Shown: positions 62,846 to 64,000 of the stretch, in pieces
How the letters are laid out: each line of letters begins with the position of its first letter
How positions within the stretch are numbered: the first letter of the stretch is position 1
DNA from: an uncultured Acidobacteriota bacterium
GTDB taxonomy: Bacteria; Acidobacteriota; Blastocatellia; RBC074
Direction of reading: 5' to 3'
Length of the DNA: 64,000 nt
Assembly: GCA_963796275.1 (NCBI GenBank)
Contig: CAWCKY010000004.1
Span: 928,001-992,000 of the forward strand
Program-made: the position numbers and the translations under genes
Notes under the pieces: generated by a model
Databases searched by the model: none
Told to the model about the DNA's origin: nothing
What the model saw: the letters and a program-made list of their open reading frames with translations, nothing else

Positions 62846-64000
62846 GTGGCTATTCAACGGGTACGCGCTTTTCCTGCCTGGTCTCCGGCGTTGAGCCTTC
62901 TCGAACAAGAGGCTCGCGCGCTGCTTGCCCGGCTGGAGAAGGTCAAACCGTTTGCCCTGCATCAGACGATGGTTCCCGCCGCCGCGCTGCCGCCGGCCGT
63001 GCTGAGCGCGATCGATCGCTATTTGATCGATGGTCGCCGCAAGGTCCGGCGGTTGGTGCAAAACTACGTGGATTGGTTAGTCGGAACGGCGGGACATTCC
63101 AGCCATCTCGAACCGGCGCACCGCCGCTTCAGAATGCTACGACTGCAATTCAATACTGTTCTGTCGCAATTCGACATCTTCGCCGATGTCATGACCCAAC
63201 GCAGCGAGCACGAAACGGGCGTCTGGTTGGCCGGTCTGGACGCGGCCGCGTCCGATGCCCTTTCGCTCAACGGCGACTATTACAGCCCTCCCGCATTAAT
63301 CTGTTATCTGGATCGCGGGTACGGCGCGGCGATTCGCCGGGCGCGGACGCGATTGCCGGGAGGAGGAGAGAATCCGGTGGGCATCATCCGCGTGCCGCGC
63401 GAGCGGATGATCGGCAGCGGGATCGCATCATCGCTGATTCATGAGGTAGGCCATCAGGCCGCGGCTTCGCTCAACTTGACCGAATCGATCCGCCCGATAC
63501 TGAGCGGGCTACAGCGAAACGGCGAAACGAATGGCGCAGTCTGGAGGTACTGGGACCGCTGTCTCCCGGAAATCCTCGCAGATTTCTGGTCGGTCGCCAG
63601 ATTGGGACTGACATCGACGTTGGGACTGATGGGCGTCGTGACGCTTCCCAGATATTTCGTCTTCCGGCTGAATCTCGACGATCCACATCCGGTTCCCTGG
63701 ATTCGCGTCAGGCTGAGTTGCGCCATCGGGCGCATGCTATTCCCGCATCCGCAATGGGACAGACTCGAGGGCATCTGGCTCTCCTATTATCCGCCGGAGA
63801 ACGCCGATCGCCGGAAACGCGATTTCCTGGCGCTGCTTGTAAAGACGATGCCGGGATTGGCGGCGCTTATCGCAAATCACAGTCCGCCCTCGCTCGCCGG
63901 CGCCTCGTTGAAAGAAGCGCTGCAGACAGTCGATCGGCAACCGGCTCATTTGACCGATCTGTTTCGATCCTGGCGCGCATCGCCGGCCCGGATGTACAGG
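62846..64000 (+). CDS. HEXXH zinc metalloprotease-like protein, truncated by window edge
   Basis: Manual translation from GTG 62846 is open to the window end: LLEQEARALLARL..VKPF, YLDRG.GAAIRRA, LIHEVGHQ, EILADFW and DPHP..WIR. Absent from the ORF track because it has no stop. Confidence 0.8.
   Translation, partial: MAIQRVRAFPAWSPALSLLEQEARALLARLEKVKPFALHQTMVPAAALPPAVLSAIDRYLIDGRRKVRRLVQNYVDWLVGTAGHSSHLEPAHRRFRMLRLQFNTVLSQFDIFADVMTQRSEHETGVWLAGLDAAASDALSLNGDYYSPPALICYLDRGYGAAIRRARTRLPGGGENPVGIIRVPRERMIGSGIASSLIHEVGHQAAASLNLTESIRPILSGLQRNGETNGAVWRYWDRCLPEILADFWSVARLGLTSTLGLMGVVTLPRYFVFRLNLDDPHPVPWIRVRLSCAIGRMLFPHPQWDRLEGIWLSYYPPENADRRKRDFLALLVKTMPGLAALIANHSPPSLAGASLKEALQTVDRQPAHLTDLFRSWRASPARMYR

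Overview
A 64-kb chromosomal window from a GC-rich Gram-negative bacterium, most likely Acidobacteriota (Blastocatellia-like; inferred from the PadR + tandem ADOP permeases, acidobacterial VWA protein, DUF4252 proteins and sigma/anti-sigma/TPR-CHAT module). Left to right it holds: an aromatic meta-cleavage operon (partial extradiol dioxygenase, LigK, GalB, DUF6282) with a divergent GntR; an L,D-transpeptidase and orphan ParA; SDR and phosphatase genes; an M48 protease lacking its catalytic Glu; a GT4 + methyltransferase pair; rluD; an ECF sigma/anti-sigma/DUF4252/VWA operon; gcvT-H-PA-PB; hsp20-lon; the LPS inner-core genes waaF-gmhB-waaC with a coupled ICMT-family methyltransferase; an MFS pump; padR with four ADOP permeases; a PL9 pectate lyase, CocE hydrolase and VOC protein. 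The right end carries the best candidate for an undescribed system: an ECF-like sigma, a membrane anti-sigma and an exported TPR-CHAT caspase-like protease, divergent from an acidic/glycine-zipper protein and an HEXXH metalloprotease that runs off the window. Intergenic spaces are dense with several REP-like palindrome families and inverted heptamer repeats. I found no rRNA, tRNA, CRISPR array or transposase. Eleven small lesions in the right half, mostly at homopolymers, look more like long-read consensus errors than real gene decay. All family calls come from reading motifs; no database searches were run.
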